Shown piece by piece: positions 10,493 to 21,595 of a DNA stretch of 64,000 nt (within the stretch, counting starts at the first letter, position 1; the number at the start of each line of letters is the position of its first letter). This DNA is from Oscillospiraceae bacterium. Its GTDB lineage: Bacteria > Bacillota > Clostridia > Oscillospirales > CAG-382. The translations under genes and the position numbers were made by a program. The notes beneath the pieces were generated by a model. The model searched no databases. It had not been told where the DNA came from and saw only the letters and a program-made list of their open reading frames with translations. The DNA lies in contig SVRD01000002.1 in NCBI GenBank assembly GCA_015064955.1, positions 14,188 to 78,187 of the forward strand, read 5' to 3'.

Positions 10493-12190
10493 ATGAGTGA
10501 TATCAAGACCACAATATGCGAAAAGGTAAGTGAATATGTCGCCTCGAAGGGCGCAAGCCTTTCCCCCGAGGAAGCTGTATTGCTTTTGGAAACTCCTGCC
10601 GATTCCAAGCTCGGCGACCTTGCGTTGCCCTGCTTCAAGCTCTCGAAAACGCTCCGCTGCCGTCCCGACGGTATCGCAAGCGAGCTTGCTTTGAGCTTTG
10701 AATCGGTCGAAGGACTCGAGCGGGTCGAGGCTGTCGGCGGTTATCTCAACTTTTTCTTTGGCAGTGATAAATACAAAAACGACCTTTCGGAATTGCTGAA
10801 GGACGATTACAGCAAGCTTGCCGAAACAGGCGCGGGAAAAACGATAGTGCTCGACTTTTCCTCCCCCAACATCGCAAAGCGATTCCACCTCGGCCACCTC
10901 GGCACGACCGTTATCGGCAACGCGGTACGCAATATTTATAAATTCTGCGGCTACAACACCGTCGCACTGAACTATCTCGGCGACTGGGGCACTCAGAACG
11001 GCAAGCAGATCGTTGCTTATAAAAAATGGTCGAGCCGCGAAAAGCTCGAATCCGAGGGTATCAAGGAGCTCGAGCGTATCTACGTGCTCTTCGGCAAGGA
11101 AGCCGAAAAGGACCCCTCTCTCAACGATCAGGCACGTGCCGCATTCCGCGAATTAGAAAACGGCAACGAGGAATATCTCGAGATCTGGCAGCTTTTCAAG
11201 GATATTTCTCTGCGTGAGTATACAAAGACCTATGAAAGACTCGGAATCGACTTTGACGTTTGGGACGGCGAAAGCCTTTACACCGACAAAATGCCCGCGA
11301 TCGTCGACGAGCTCCGCGAAAAAGAGCTTTTGAAGATCGACGACGGCGCATCGATAGTCGACCTTTCGGAATACAATATGCCACCCGCGCTTATTTTGAA
11401 GCGCGACGGCAGTACACTCTACCCCACCCGTGATATCGCGGCGGCAAACTACCGCTACAACACCTACAAGTTCGATAAATGTGCATACGTCACCAGCGCA
11501 GGTCAATCGCTCCACTTCGCACAGTGGTTCAAGGTTACCGAAATGATGGGCAAGGAATGGGCAAAGGATCTTGTTCATATCCCCTACGGCACGATGAGCT
11601 TCGGCGGTGAAAAGCTTGCTTCGCGTACCGGCAACATCATTCTTCTCAACGACGTATTTGACGAAGCGGTTGCAAAGGCAAGAGCGATTATCGAGGAAAA
11701 GAACGTCGCACACGAAAACAAGGAATGGATATCCGAAGCGGTCGGTATCGGCGCGGTGGTATTCAGCGCACTCTCGAGCAGTCGTATAAAGGACACCAAC
11801 TTCACCTGGGAGGGAACACTCTCCTTTGAGGGCAACACCGGTCCCTATGTCCAATACACCTATGCACGTGCGGCAAGCGTGCTCCGCAGAGGAAACTCAG
11901 CCGGCGGTTATGACGGCTACACCCCCGAAGCAACCGAAACCGAGCTTATCCGCAAGCTTTGCGAATTTGAAGAAACGGTAAAGCGTGCCGCAAACGATTA
12001 TGAGCCCAGCCATATTTCGCGCTTTGCGCTCAACGTCTGCACATTGTTCAACCAATTCTACCACAACTGCCGTATCTTAGGCTCGGGCGGCGAGACCGAA
12101 CAGTTCCGTCTTGCGCTCACAAGCGCGGTAAGAAACATTCTCGGCAGATGCCTTGATATTCTCGGTATGAAGAGAACCGAGGAGATTTAA
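10493..12190 (+). CDS. argS: Arginine--tRNA ligase
   Basis: DFSSPNIAK..HLGH, NYLGDWGTQ, GNTGPYVQY, NQFYH. Confidence 0.96.
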   Translation: MSDIKTTICEKVSEYVASKGASLSPEEAVLLLETPADSKLGDLALPCFKLSKTLRCRPDGIASELALSFESVEGLERVEAVGGYLNFFFGSDKYKNDLSELLKDDYSKLAETGAGKTIVLDFSSPNIAKRFHLGHLGTTVIGNAVRNIYKFCGYNTVALNYLGDWGTQNGKQIVAYKKWSSREKLESEGIKELERIYVLFGKEAEKDPSLNDQARAAFRELENGNEEYLEIWQLFKDISLREYTKTYERLGIDFDVWDGESLYTDKMPAIVDELREKELLKIDDGASIVDLSEYNMPPALILKRDGSTLYPTRDIAAANYRYNTYKFDKCAYVTSAGQSLHFAQWFKVTEMMGKEWAKDLVHIPYGTMSFGGEKLASRTGNIILLNDVFDEAVAKARAIIEEKNVAHENKEWISEAVGIGAVVFSALSSSRIKDTNFTWEGTLSFEGNTGPYVQYTYARAASVLRRGNSAGGYDGYTPEATETELIRKLCEFEETVKRAANDYEPSHISRFALNVCTLFNQFYHNCRILGSGGETEQFRLALTSAVRNILGRCLDILGMKRTEEI

Positions 12191-12253
12191 TCTTCAATCA
12201 CAAAAATCAACCTATTCATCATAAACTATTCACTATATTAAGGAGTAAAAGAT

Positions 12254-12976
12254 ATGTCCGGACATTCCAAATGGAAAAATATAATGCACAAAAAGGAAAA
12301 GACCGACGCACAGCGCGCAAAGGTATTTACAAAGATCGGTAAGGAGATCGCTATTGCAGTACGCGACGGCGGTCCCGAGCCCGCCTCGAATACCCGTCTG
12401 CGCGACCTTATCGCAAAGGCGAAGAGTCTGAACGTGCCCAACGATAACATCGACAGAGTTATCAAAAAGGCTTCGGGTGCAGACAGCGTTCAGTACGAGG
12501 TCATCACCTATGAGGGCTACGGTCCCGGCGGAGTTGCAGTTATCGTTGAAGCGGCTACCGACAACCGCAACCGTACCGCAGGCGACGTCCGCCACTATTT
12601 CGACAAGTTCGGCGGAAATTTGGGCACCTCGGGCTGTGTATCCTATATGTTCGCCGAAAAGGGTGTTGTTGTCGTTTCGGGCGTGAACGACGAGGACGAC
12701 TTTATGGAAGCGGCACTCGATGCAGGCGCACTCGATTTCACCAGCGAGGACGGACACGGCGAGGTATTTACCGACGTGAGCGAGCTTTCGGCTGTCCGCG
12801 AGGCACTCGAGGCAAAGGGCTACACCGTTGAATCGGCAGACCCCGAAAAAATTCCCGCAAACTACGTTCGTCTTGACGACGAGGATCAGATAAAGATGAT
12901 GAACCGCCTGCTCGAAGCGTTGGAGGACAACGACGACGTTACAGAGGTATGGCACAACTGGGATGAGGAAGACTAA
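12254..12976 (+). CDS. yebC: YebC/PmpR-family protein
   Basis: MSGHSKWKNI, YEGYGPGG, TDNRNRT. Confidence 0.95.
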   Translation: MSGHSKWKNIMHKKEKTDAQRAKVFTKIGKEIAIAVRDGGPEPASNTRLRDLIAKAKSLNVPNDNIDRVIKKASGADSVQYEVITYEGYGPGGVAVIVEAATDNRNRTAGDVRHYFDKFGGNLGTSGCVSYMFAEKGVVVVSGVNDEDDFMEAALDAGALDFTSEDGHGEVFTDVSELSAVREALEAKGYTVESADPEKIPANYVRLDDEDQIKMMNRLLEALEDNDDVTEVWHNWDEED

Positions 12977-13547
12977 AATCGGGATCTTCGGCGGGACGTT
13001 CAATCCCGTTCATCTCGGTCACGTGAATATCGCAAAGGCTTTTATCGAACAGTTTATGCTCGATATTCTCTACGTTATCCCGAATAACATACCGCCGATA
13101 AAGGAATCCTACGGTGTGAGCGGACAAGACAGACTGAATATGCTGAAGCTCGCATTTGCCGATATTGAAAAGGCTATTGTGAACGACACCGAAATCAAAC
13201 GCGGCGGAATGAGCTACACCTGCGAAACCGTCGCCGAGCTGAAGGATATGCATCCCGAAAGCGAGCTGCTTTTGCTTATCGGTGACGATTGGGTCGACAG
13301 GTTCGACAAATGGAAGGATTGGCGTTATATCACCGACAACGTCACTCCGATAGTCGCCTGCCGCGGAAATATAGATATTTCCGAACCGTTGGAACGGCTT
13401 TATCGAATTTCGGGGAAGCGGTTTTTACTGCTTGAAAACGAAAGAATAAGCGCATCGTCGACCGAGTTCCGAGGAAGCAACAATTCACAGCTTTTACCGA
13501 AAGCGGTTTACGAATATATTGAAGAACGGGGGCTTTACCGAAAATGA
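12963..13547 (+). CDS. nadD: Nicotinate-nucleotide adenylyltransferase
   Basis: GIFGGTFNPVHLGH, SYT, IGDD, SSTEFR. Confidence 0.93.
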   Translation: MRKTKIGIFGGTFNPVHLGHVNIAKAFIEQFMLDILYVIPNNIPPIKESYGVSGQDRLNMLKLAFADIEKAIVNDTEIKRGGMSYTCETVAELKDMHPESELLLLIGDDWVDRFDKWKDWRYITDNVTPIVACRGNIDISEPLERLYRISGKRFLLLENERISASSTEFRGSNNSQLLPKAVYEYIEERGLYRK

Positions 13548-14143
13548 CAGATGCAAACGCTATTATTTCGGCTATGAATCTTTCCGAGCGCAGATTGAAG
13601 CATACCTTCGGCGTTGCCGATATGGCTAAGGAGCTTGCAAAGGCACACTTTCCCGCGCTCGATCTGAAAACTGTCGAGCTTGCCGCGCTTATGCACGATT
13701 TCACCAAGGAATACAGCGTTGAGCGCCAGCTTGAGCTTTGCGAGCTTTACCGAATCGAGCTGACCGACGACGAAAAAAACAACCCCAAGCTTTTACATTC
13801 AAAAACCGCGGCAATTATCGCAAGGGACCGTTTTATGCTCCCGACGGAAGCCTGCTCGGCTATATATTGGCACACAACGGGCAGAGCCGCGATGACTCCG
13901 TTTGAAATAGTTATCTACCTTGCCGACTATATCGAGGAATTCCGCGACGACCCGAGCTGTATCAAGCTTCGCGAATTTTATTTAAAGGCGATGAAAAAGG
14001 AGCGCAACAAAGCTATCGCGCTCACAAAAACCCTCGTCCGCTCGTTTGATACGACGATAAAGCATCTTATCGCAGATGAAAAAACCATCAACGTATCGAC
14101 CTTCGAGGCAAGAAATTACTACATAAACCTGCTTAACGTTTAG
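13544..14143 (+). CDS. yqeK: YqeK Ap4A hydrolase (HD domain)
   Basis: R..H..GV, MHDFTK, LLH, HTTG, YLADYIE; nadD-yqeK-rsfS synteny. Confidence 0.88.
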   Translation: MTDANAIISAMNLSERRLKHTFGVADMAKELAKAHFPALDLKTVELAALMHDFTKEYSVERQLELCELYRIELTDDEKNNPKLLHSKTAAIIARDRFMLPTEACSAIYWHTTGRAAMTPFEIVIYLADYIEEFRDDPSCIKLREFYLKAMKKERNKAIALTKTLVRSFDTTIKHLIADEKTINVSTFEARNYYINLLNV

Positions 14144-14187
14144 CAAAAGCATTGTGCTTCGGCTGACCGTATTGAAAGGATAAAACC

Positions 14188-14565
14188 ATGAAAGACGATA
14201 TTATGCAAAAGGAAGCCGCAAGGGCGATTGCAGAGCTTGCGGTAACAACGCTTGACAACAAAAAAGGACTTGACGTTACTCTGCTCGAGGTCGGCGACCA
14301 GACAGTGCTTGCCGATTACTTTGTGCTTGCAACCGGTACGTCAAACACCCACGTACGCGCACTTGCAGACGAAGTCGAATTCAAGCTCAAGGAGGAGCTT
14401 GCTGTTGAGCCGAGTCATATCGAGGGTGCATCGGGCAACGCTTGGACGTTACTCGACTACGGCTGTGTTGTAATTCATATATTTACCTCGCAGGCGCGTG
14501 ATTTTTACAAGCTCGAAAGACTTTGGAGCGGAACTCAGATAAAAATCGGAGGAAATGAAGAATAA
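14188..14565 (+). CDS. rsfS: Ribosome silencing factor
   Basis: DKKG-like, ADYFVLATG, WTLLDYG.VVIH, R.FYKLERLW. Confidence 0.93.
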   Translation: MKDDIMQKEAARAIAELAVTTLDNKKGLDVTLLEVGDQTVLADYFVLATGTSNTHVRALADEVEFKLKEELAVEPSHIEGASGNAWTLLDYGCVVIHIFTSQARDFYKLERLWSGTQIKIGGNEE

Positions 14566-16973
14566 TGAGACACGATTTTAAGAGTATCGAAAAGAAATGG
14601 CAGGATAAATGGGACGAGGCGAAGATATTCAACGCCGCAGATCCCGGCGAAAAGGGCAGCGAAAAGCCCAAATTCTTCGCGCTTGTCGAATTCCCCTACC
14701 CCAGCGGAGCAGGTATGCACGTCGGACATATCAAGGCTTATTCGGGATTGGAGGTTATCTCCCGCAAGAAGCGTATGGAGGGCTACAACGTTATGTTCCC
14801 CATGGGATTTGACGCATTTGGTCTTCCCACCGAAAACTACGCTATCAAAACCGGTATGCACCCGAGAGCAGTTACCGACAAAAATATCGAAAAGTTCACA
14901 AGCCAATTAAAGCGCGTCGGCTTTGCTTTCGACTGGTCGAGAGTTGTCGACACCACCGACGTCGACTATTACAAGTGGACACAGTGGATATTCCTCAAAA
15001 TGTTTGAGCAGGGTCTTGTTTTCCGCGACACCGCGCTTGTCAACTACTGCCCCGAATGTAAGGTCGTTCTCTCGAACGAGGACTCGCAGGGCGGCAAATG
15101 CGATATCTGCCACAGCGATATCGTTCAAAAGTCCAAGGACGTTTGGTATTTACGTATTACCGAGTACGCCGACAAGCTCTTAACCGGACTTGAAGAGGTC
15201 GATTATCTCCCGAACATAAAGCAACAGCAGGTCAACTGGATAGGTAAATCCGAGGGTGCGTTCGTTCAGTTTGCGCTCAACGGCAAGGAGGATAAGCTCC
15301 GCATCTACACCACAAGACCCGACACTCTATTCGGCGTTACCTTTATGGTTATGGCGCCCGAGCATCCGCTTATCGACAAATATTCCGAAAGCATCGCGAA
15401 TATGGCGGAGGTCGAAAATTACCGCGCAGAATGTGCAAAGAAGACCGAATTTGAGCGTACACAGCTTGTCAAGGAAAAGACGGGCGTCCGTCTCGACGGT
15501 CTCACCGCGATCAACCCCGTAAACAACAAGGAAATTCCTATTTATATTGCCGACTACGTAATGATGGGCTACGGCACCGGTGCGATAATGGCTGTTCCCG
15601 CGCACGATCAGCGCGACTGGGAATTTGCAAAGAAGTTCGGCATCGATATTATCGAGGTTATCAAGGGCGGCAATATCGAGGAGGAGGCATACACCGGCGA
15701 CGGCGAAATGATCAATTCCGGCTTCCTCAACGGATACAGCAATAAAAAGGACTCTATCCGCAAAGCAATCGACGAGCTCCAAGCGCTCGGCTGCGGCGAG
15801 GGCGGCGTTCAGTACAAGATGAAGGACTGGGCGTTCAACCGTCAAAGATATTGGGGCGAGCCTATTCCGATAGTTCACTGCGAAAAATGCGGTATGGTTG
15901 CCGTTCCCTATGAGGAGCTCCCCTTGAGACTGCCCGATATGGACGAATTCGCTCCCGGTCAGGGCGGCGAATCGCCCTTGGCGAGAATCGACTCCTATGT
16001 AAACTGCAAGTGCCCGAAGTGCGGCGGCGATGCAAGGCGCGAAACCGACACCATGCCCCAGTGGGCAGGCTCATCGTGGTACTTCCTCAGATACTGCGAT
16101 CCCCACAACGAAGACTGCTTCGCAAGCGAGGAAAAGCTCAAATATTGGCTTCCTATCGACTGGTACAACGGCGGTATGGAGCACGTAACACGCCATATGA
16201 TCTATTCGCGCTTCTGGCATAAATTCCTCTACGATCTCGGACTCGTTCCCGTCGCAGAGCCCTATGCAAAGCGTACCGCGCAGGGACTTATTCTCGGCCC
16301 CGACGGCGAAAAGATGAGTAAATCCAAGGGTAACGTTGTCGACCCCAACGACGTTGTCGACGAATACGGTGCAGACGTATTGCGTACCTACACTCTCTTT
16401 ATGGGTGACTACGCATCTGCGGCGCCCTGGTCACAAAGCTCGGTAAGAGGCTGCAAGCGATTCCTCGAACGCTTTGCCGCACTCGACGAAATGCTCGGCG
16501 CGAAGAACGACAAATTGATTCGCTCGCTCCACAAGACCATCAAAAAGGTCACAAGCGATATCGACGGTATGAAGTTCAACACCGCTATCGCGGCGATGAT
16601 GAGCTTTATGAATGAGATCTACGAAGTCGGCTCTATCGACAAGGAAAGTCTTATCTCGCTTACAAAGCTTCTTTCGCCGTTTGCTCCCCATATCTGTGAG
16701 GAAATGTGGACTTCTTTGGGCGGAAACGGCTTCTGCTCGACAGCGGCTTGGCCCGAATACGACGAAGCTCTCACCGTTGACGACGAAAAGGAAATCGCTG
16801 TTCAGGTATGCGGCAAGCTCAAGGGTGTTGTCGTTATTCCCGCGGGTGCAGAGGAAGACGTTGTTTGGGATATCATAACCAAAAACGAATCGATTATGGC
16901 ATCGCTCGACGGCAAGCAGATAATCAAGAAGATCTATATCAAGGATAAAATCTTCAATATCGTTGCAAAATAA
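14565..16973 (+). CDS. leuS: Leucine--tRNA ligase
   Basis: FPYPSGAGMHVGH, TTRPDTLFG, GTGAIMAVPAHD, RQRYWGEPIP, KMSKS. Confidence 0.97.
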   Translation: MRHDFKSIEKKWQDKWDEAKIFNAADPGEKGSEKPKFFALVEFPYPSGAGMHVGHIKAYSGLEVISRKKRMEGYNVMFPMGFDAFGLPTENYAIKTGMHPRAVTDKNIEKFTSQLKRVGFAFDWSRVVDTTDVDYYKWTQWIFLKMFEQGLVFRDTALVNYCPECKVVLSNEDSQGGKCDICHSDIVQKSKDVWYLRITEYADKLLTGLEEVDYLPNIKQQQVNWIGKSEGAFVQFALNGKEDKLRIYTTRPDTLFGVTFMVMAPEHPLIDKYSESIANMAEVENYRAECAKKTEFERTQLVKEKTGVRLDGLTAINPVNNKEIPIYIADYVMMGYGTGAIMAVPAHDQRDWEFAKKFGIDIIEVIKGGNIEEEAYTGDGEMINSGFLNGYSNKKDSIRKAIDELQALGCGEGGVQYKMKDWAFNRQRYWGEPIPIVHCEKCGMVAVPYEELPLRLPDMDEFAPGQGGESPLARIDSYVNCKCPKCGGDARRETDTMPQWAGSSWYFLRYCDPHNEDCFASEEKLKYWLPIDWYNGGMEHVTRHMIYSRFWHKFLYDLGLVPVAEPYAKRTAQGLILGPDGEKMSKSKGNVVDPNDVVDEYGADVLRTYTLFMGDYASAAPWSQSSVRGCKRFLERFAALDEMLGAKNDKLIRSLHKTIKKVTSDIDGMKFNTAIAAMMSFMNEIYEVGSIDKESLISLTKLLSPFAPHICEEMWTSLGGNGFCSTAAWPEYDEALTVDDEKEIAVQVCGKLKGVVVIPAGAEEDVVWDIITKNESIMASLDGKQIIKKIYIKDKIFNIVAK

Positions 16974-17030
16974 CCGAATTTCATACAAAATACAAATATA
17001 AATTTCCAGATCAATATTCGGAGGATTAAA

Positions 17031-17753
17031 ATGGATACCATTAAGATCAACAAAGGTAATGCTTTGATCGTCGCTCACAGAGGTCTTTCGGGACTTGAAA
17101 GAGAAAACACCGCGTCTGCATTTGTTGCGGCAGGCAACAGAAGCTATTTCGGTATCGAAACCGACGTTCGCGTTACCGCAGACGGCAATTTCGTTCTTCT
17201 TCACGATAACGATACAATGCGTTGCGGCGGCGATATGGTCGAGCCCGAAAAGTGCACTCTTCAAACCATTCAGTCGGTTCAGCTTTTCGATACCGACGGA
17301 AAGCGCGGCAGAGTCGATCTGCGCGTGCCCGAAATGGTGGATTATCTCCGTATCTGCAAGCGTTATGACAAGGTTTGCGTGCTCGAATTCAAGGGCTATT
17401 TCAGCGAAGAGAATATGCAGAGAGTCGTTGACATCGTAAAGGCTGAATATTGCCTCGAAAAGATGATATTCATCTCCTTCTCGTTCGACAATCTCTTAAA
17501 TCTCCGCAAGGTATGCCCCGAATCCCACTGCCAATTCCTCACCGGCGAATACAAGCAGGAGATCCTCGATATGCTCAAGGAGCACAAGATGGGACTCGAT
17601 ATCTGGTCGGGCGCACTCGACGAGGAAGCAAAGGTACGCCATATCCTCGAAGAAGGTATCGAGCTCAACGTATGGACTGTTGACAACAAGGAAGCTGCCG
17701 AAAAGCTTATTTCCTGGGGTGTTCAGTACGTAACGAGCAACATTTTGGAATAA
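17031..17753 (+). CDS. Glycerophosphodiester phosphodiesterase
   Basis: AHRG...ENT, IETDV...DG..V.LHD, LEFK, ISF, WTVD. Confidence 0.9.
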   Translation: MDTIKINKGNALIVAHRGLSGLERENTASAFVAAGNRSYFGIETDVRVTADGNFVLLHDNDTMRCGGDMVEPEKCTLQTIQSVQLFDTDGKRGRVDLRVPEMVDYLRICKRYDKVCVLEFKGYFSEENMQRVVDIVKAEYCLEKMIFISFSFDNLLNLRKVCPESHCQFLTGEYKQEILDMLKEHKMGLDIWSGALDEEAKVRHILEEGIELNVWTVDNKEAAEKLISWGVQYVTSNILE

Positions 17754-17770
17754 AATCAAATTTACACATC

Positions 17771-17810
17771 AAAAAAATCAAGCTTCAAATTAATGAAGCT
17801 TGATTTTTTT
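17771..17810. terminator. Bidirectional terminator
   Basis: AAAAAAATCAAGCTTCA-aattaa-TGAAGCTTGATTTTTTT between convergent genes. Confidence 0.8.
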
Positions 17811-17849
17811 ATTGAAAGTTATAAAGAACGAGTTTATCTCGGTCTGAAA

Positions 17850-19778
17850 TTAATCCAACTCAAATGCGCCGGTGTACAACCGATAATACTGTCCCTTTTC
17901 GGCGATAAGCTTTTCGTGGTCGCCGCGCTCGATTATTCTGCCCGCCGAAAGAACCATAATAACGTCGGAATTGCGAACAGTCGAAAGTCGATGGGCGATA
18001 ACGAATACGGTTCTGCCGTGCATAAGACTGTCCATACCCTTTTGAACGATCGATTCGGTACGGGTATCTATGCTCGACGTCGCCTCGTCAAGTATCATAA
18101 CGGGCGGGTCGGCAACTGCCGCGCGCGCAATCGCAAGAAGCTGTCTTTGTCCCTGCGAAAGTCCGCTTCCGTCGCCCTCGAGGAGAGTGTCGTAGCCGTC
18201 GGGCAGAAGCGTGATAAACGAATCCGCGTTTGCAAGCTTTGCCGCCGCGATACATTCCTCATCGGTCGCATCGAGTCTGCCGTAGCGGATATTTTCCATA
18301 ACCGTTCCGGTGAACAAATGAGTATCCTGAAGAACCATACCGAGCGAGCGGCGTAGGTCTGCCTTTTTGATCTTGTTGATGTTTATGCCGTCATAGCGGA
18401 TCTTGCCGTCGGCGATATCGTAAAAGCGGTTGATAAGATTTGTTATAGTAGTCTTGCCCGCGCCCGTCGCGCCGACAAAGGCAACCTTCTGGCCCGGCTC
18501 GGCGTAGAGCGTTACGTCGTGAAGCACCGTCTTTTCGGGGACGTAGCCGAAATCGACCTCAAACATTCTTACGTCGCCCTTGAGCTCGGTATAGGTCAGT
18601 GTTCCGTCGCCGTGGGGGTGCTTCCAAGCCCAAAGACCCGTGCGCCCGTCCGCCTCGACAAGCTCGCCGTTTTCGTTGTATTTCGCGTTGACAAGTGTCA
18701 CGTAGCCCTCGTCGGATTCGGGAGTTTCGTCCATAAGCTCAAAAATTCGCTTTGCGCCCGCGAGCGCCATAATAACCGCGTTGAGCTGTTGGGTGACCTG
18801 ATTTATCGGGTTGGTGAAGTTTTTGGAAAGCTGAAGAAAGGCAACAAGTCCGCCGGGAGTGAGTGTTTCGGTGAGAACAACGAGCAGACTGCCGAGCGTT
18901 GCCACAAGAATATACTGCAGATGACCGAGGTTGTTCGAAACGGGGCCGAGGATATTTGCAAAAATATTTGCACTTCGCGCGTTGGCGCAAAGCTCGTCGT
19001 TGAGCTTGTTGAATTCCGCCTTGGTCTTTTCCTCGCGGCAGAAGACCTGAACCACCTTCTGACCGTTTATCATTTCCTCGATATATCCGTTTACCTTACC
19101 GACAGAAGCCTGCTGCCGCACGAAGAATTTTCCGCTCTTGCCGCCGATCGACTTGACAAGCAGCATCGTAAGAAACGCCGCAATAACGACAAATATTGTG
19201 AGCCAGAGGTTTGTTGTTATCATCGCGAAGAAAACCGCGATAACGGTACAAAGCGACGAGAAGATATGGGGAAGGCTTTGCGAGATCATCATTCGCATCG
19301 TATCGGTATCGTTGGTGTATCGGCTCATCGTGTCGCCGAATGCGTGGGTGTCGAAATACTTTATCGGAAGCTTTTGCATCTTTGCAAACATCGTGTCGCG
19401 GATATCCTTTAAAACCGACTGCGAAACGATAACCATTATTCTGTTGTATGCAAAGGTCGAAAGCGCGCCGAGCACGTAAACTGCGGCGAGTACCAGAATT
19501 TCCTTTAAAAGCCCCGACATATCGTTGCTTTTTGCCGTGATAAGCGGTGTTATATAGCCGTCGACGAGTGTTTGAAGGAATTTCGAGCCGTAAACACCCG
19601 CCAATGCACTGAAAATGATGCAAAGAACGACGACAAGCAAGCGCCATTTATATGCGATAAGATAGGAAAGAACACGCTTTACCGTCTTTGCGTCGGGCTT
19701 TTGTCCGGGGATACGCACTCCCTTGCCGGGGCGCATTTGTTGCTGCTGCGGACGCGATTCTCTTTTTTCGTCGCTCAT
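17850..19778 (-). CDS. ABC exporter, fused permease/ATPase (heterodimer subunit)
   Basis: TM domain plus GATGAGKTT, LSQGQRQ, ILDEATS, AHRLST. Confidence 0.93.
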   Translation of the reverse strand: MSDEKRESRPQQQQMRPGKGVRIPGQKPDAKTVKRVLSYLIAYKWRLLVVVLCIIFSALAGVYGSKFLQTLVDGYITPLITAKSNDMSGLLKEILVLAAVYVLGALSTFAYNRIMVIVSQSVLKDIRDTMFAKMQKLPIKYFDTHAFGDTMSRYTNDTDTMRMMISQSLPHIFSSLCTVIAVFFAMITTNLWLTIFVVIAAFLTMLLVKSIGGKSGKFFVRQQASVGKVNGYIEEMINGQKVVQVFCREEKTKAEFNKLNDELCANARSANIFANILGPVSNNLGHLQYILVATLGSLLVVLTETLTPGGLVAFLQLSKNFTNPINQVTQQLNAVIMALAGAKRIFELMDETPESDEGYVTLVNAKYNENGELVEADGRTGLWAWKHPHGDGTLTYTELKGDVRMFEVDFGYVPEKTVLHDVTLYAEPGQKVAFVGATGAGKTTITNLINRFYDIADGKIRYDGININKIKKADLRRSLGMVLQDTHLFTGTVMENIRYGRLDATDEECIAAAKLANADSFITLLPDGYDTLLEGDGSGLSQGQRQLLAIARAAVADPPVMILDEATSSIDTRTESIVQKGMDSLMHGRTVFVIAHRLSTVRNSDVIMVLSAGRIIERGDHEKLIAEKGQYYRLYTGAFELD

Positions 19779-21595
19779 TCCTTGTCATCTCCCTTCATCT
19801 GTGATTCATATACCTCGCGGTAGATCTCGTTTCCTGCGAGAAGCTCGCCGTGTGTACCGATTCCGTTTATTTTGCCGTTGTCGATAACAATGATTCTGTC
19901 GCACTCCTGCACCGAAGAAATTCGCTGGGCGATAATCAGCTTTGTAGTGCCGGGGATACGGTTTGCCATAGTTTCGCGGAGCATCGCATCGGTTTTGGTA
20001 TCGACTGCACTCGTCGAGTCGTCCATAATCAGTATTTTCGGCTTTTTAAGCAGAGCACGAGCAATACAAAGTCTTTGCTTCTGTCCGCCCGAAACGTTGC
20101 TTCCTCCCTGCTCGATATAGGTATCGTAGCCGTCGGGGAAGGTAGAAATAAACTCGTCGGCGCAGGCGGCGATGCAAGCCGCCTTCATTTCCTCGTCGGT
20201 AGCGTTTTCGTTGCCCCAACGCAGATTTTCCTTTATCGTACCCGAAAACAGCACGTTCTTCTGGAGCACCATAGCAACAGAATCGCGAAGAGTGTGAATA
20301 TCATATTCTCTTACATCTCTGCCGCCGACGATCACACTGCCTCCGCTTACGTCGTAAAGACGCGGAATCAACTGAACAAGCGTCGATTTGCCGCTGCCCG
20401 TACCGCCGATAATGCCGATCGTTTCGCCCGATCTTATATCGAAGCTTATATCGGTCAGCACGTTTTTGCCCTCGTGGTAAGCAAACGAAACGTTATCAAA
20501 CCTGATGCTTCCGTCAGCAACGGCGTCGATTGCGTTTTCGGGGTCGGTTATGGTGCTTTCCTCATCGAGCACCTCACAAACACGCTCTGCCGAAGCGCGC
20601 GACATTACGATGGTGACGAAAATCATCGAAAGCATCATTAAGCTCATAAGTATCTGCATCGTATAGTTCAGAAGCGCGGTGAGCTCGCCCGTGTTCATCT
20701 TTTCGCCGATGCCGAACACGTTGTAATTGACAATAACGCTTGCGCCGAACCAGCAGATAAGCAAAATACAAGCATAAACCGTTATTTGCATAAGCGGCAT
20801 ATTATAAGAAAGTATCTTTTCCGCCTTTACGGTATCCTCATTGATCTCGCCCGATACCTCGTTGAACTTTTTGATCTCCTCTTCCTCGCGTACAAACGCC
20901 TTTACAACGCGGATACCGCGAAGATTTTCCTGAACGACGCGGTTGAGCTTGTCATAGCGCTTGAACATACGCTTGAATATCGGATGCGCCTTTGTCATTA
21001 TAAGCGTCAGACCGACAACAAGCACCGGCACAGCCGCCAAAAAGATAAGCGCGAGCTTTGAATTGATCGTAAACGCCATTATCAGCGAGAATATCATCAT
21101 CGATGGGCTTCTCACCGCGGTGCGTATTATCATATGAAAGGATTCCTGCAAGCGATTGACGTCGGTGGTCATTCTCGTAACAAGGCTTGAGGAGGAAAAT
21201 TTGTCGATATTTCTGAACGAAAAATGCGAAATGCGCTCAAACATACGCTTTCTCAGATTTTTCGCAAAGCCTGTGCTGGCAATAGCCGCACTTCTGCCCG
21301 CGAGCGAGCCGAAGATAAGCGAGATTATCGCACAAACCGCTATCGAGCCGCCGATAAGCAAGATATAATTCATATCGCCCGATTCGCTCGGTGTTCCGAT
21401 AAGCTTTTGGAAAAACACGGCGATAAAGTTCGTTTCGCCTTCTGCTCCCTCGCCCGTCGGAGCGATACAGTTGATAAGCATCGCGATAAGCACGGGGATT
21501 ATAACCTCCATAATCACCTCGCCCATTATCAGCAAGGGCGAAAGGATAGTGTGCTTCGTATAGCCCTTTATGCTTTGTGCAAGCTTTTTAAGCAT
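19775..21595 (-). CDS. ABC exporter, fused permease/ATPase (heterodimer subunit with degenerate site)
   Basis: GGTGSGKST, VSGGQKQR, IMDDSTS, AQRISS; start at ATG 21595 after GGAGG. Confidence 0.93.
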   Translation of the reverse strand: MLKKLAQSIKGYTKHTILSPLLIMGEVIMEVIIPVLIAMLINCIAPTGEGAEGETNFIAVFFQKLIGTPSESGDMNYILLIGGSIAVCAIISLIFGSLAGRSAAIASTGFAKNLRKRMFERISHFSFRNIDKFSSSSLVTRMTTDVNRLQESFHMIIRTAVRSPSMMIFSLIMAFTINSKLALIFLAAVPVLVVGLTLIMTKAHPIFKRMFKRYDKLNRVVQENLRGIRVVKAFVREEEEIKKFNEVSGEINEDTVKAEKILSYNMPLMQITVYACILLICWFGASVIVNYNVFGIGEKMNTGELTALLNYTMQILMSLMMLSMIFVTIVMSRASAERVCEVLDEESTITDPENAIDAVADGSIRFDNVSFAYHEGKNVLTDISFDIRSGETIGIIGGTGSGKSTLVQLIPRLYDVSGGSVIVGGRDVREYDIHTLRDSVAMVLQKNVLFSGTIKENLRWGNENATDEEMKAACIAACADEFISTFPDGYDTYIEQGGSNVSGGQKQRLCIARALLKKPKILIMDDSTSAVDTKTDAMLRETMANRIPGTTKLIIAQRISSVQECDRIIVIDNGKINGIGTHGELLAGNEIYREVYESQMKGDDKE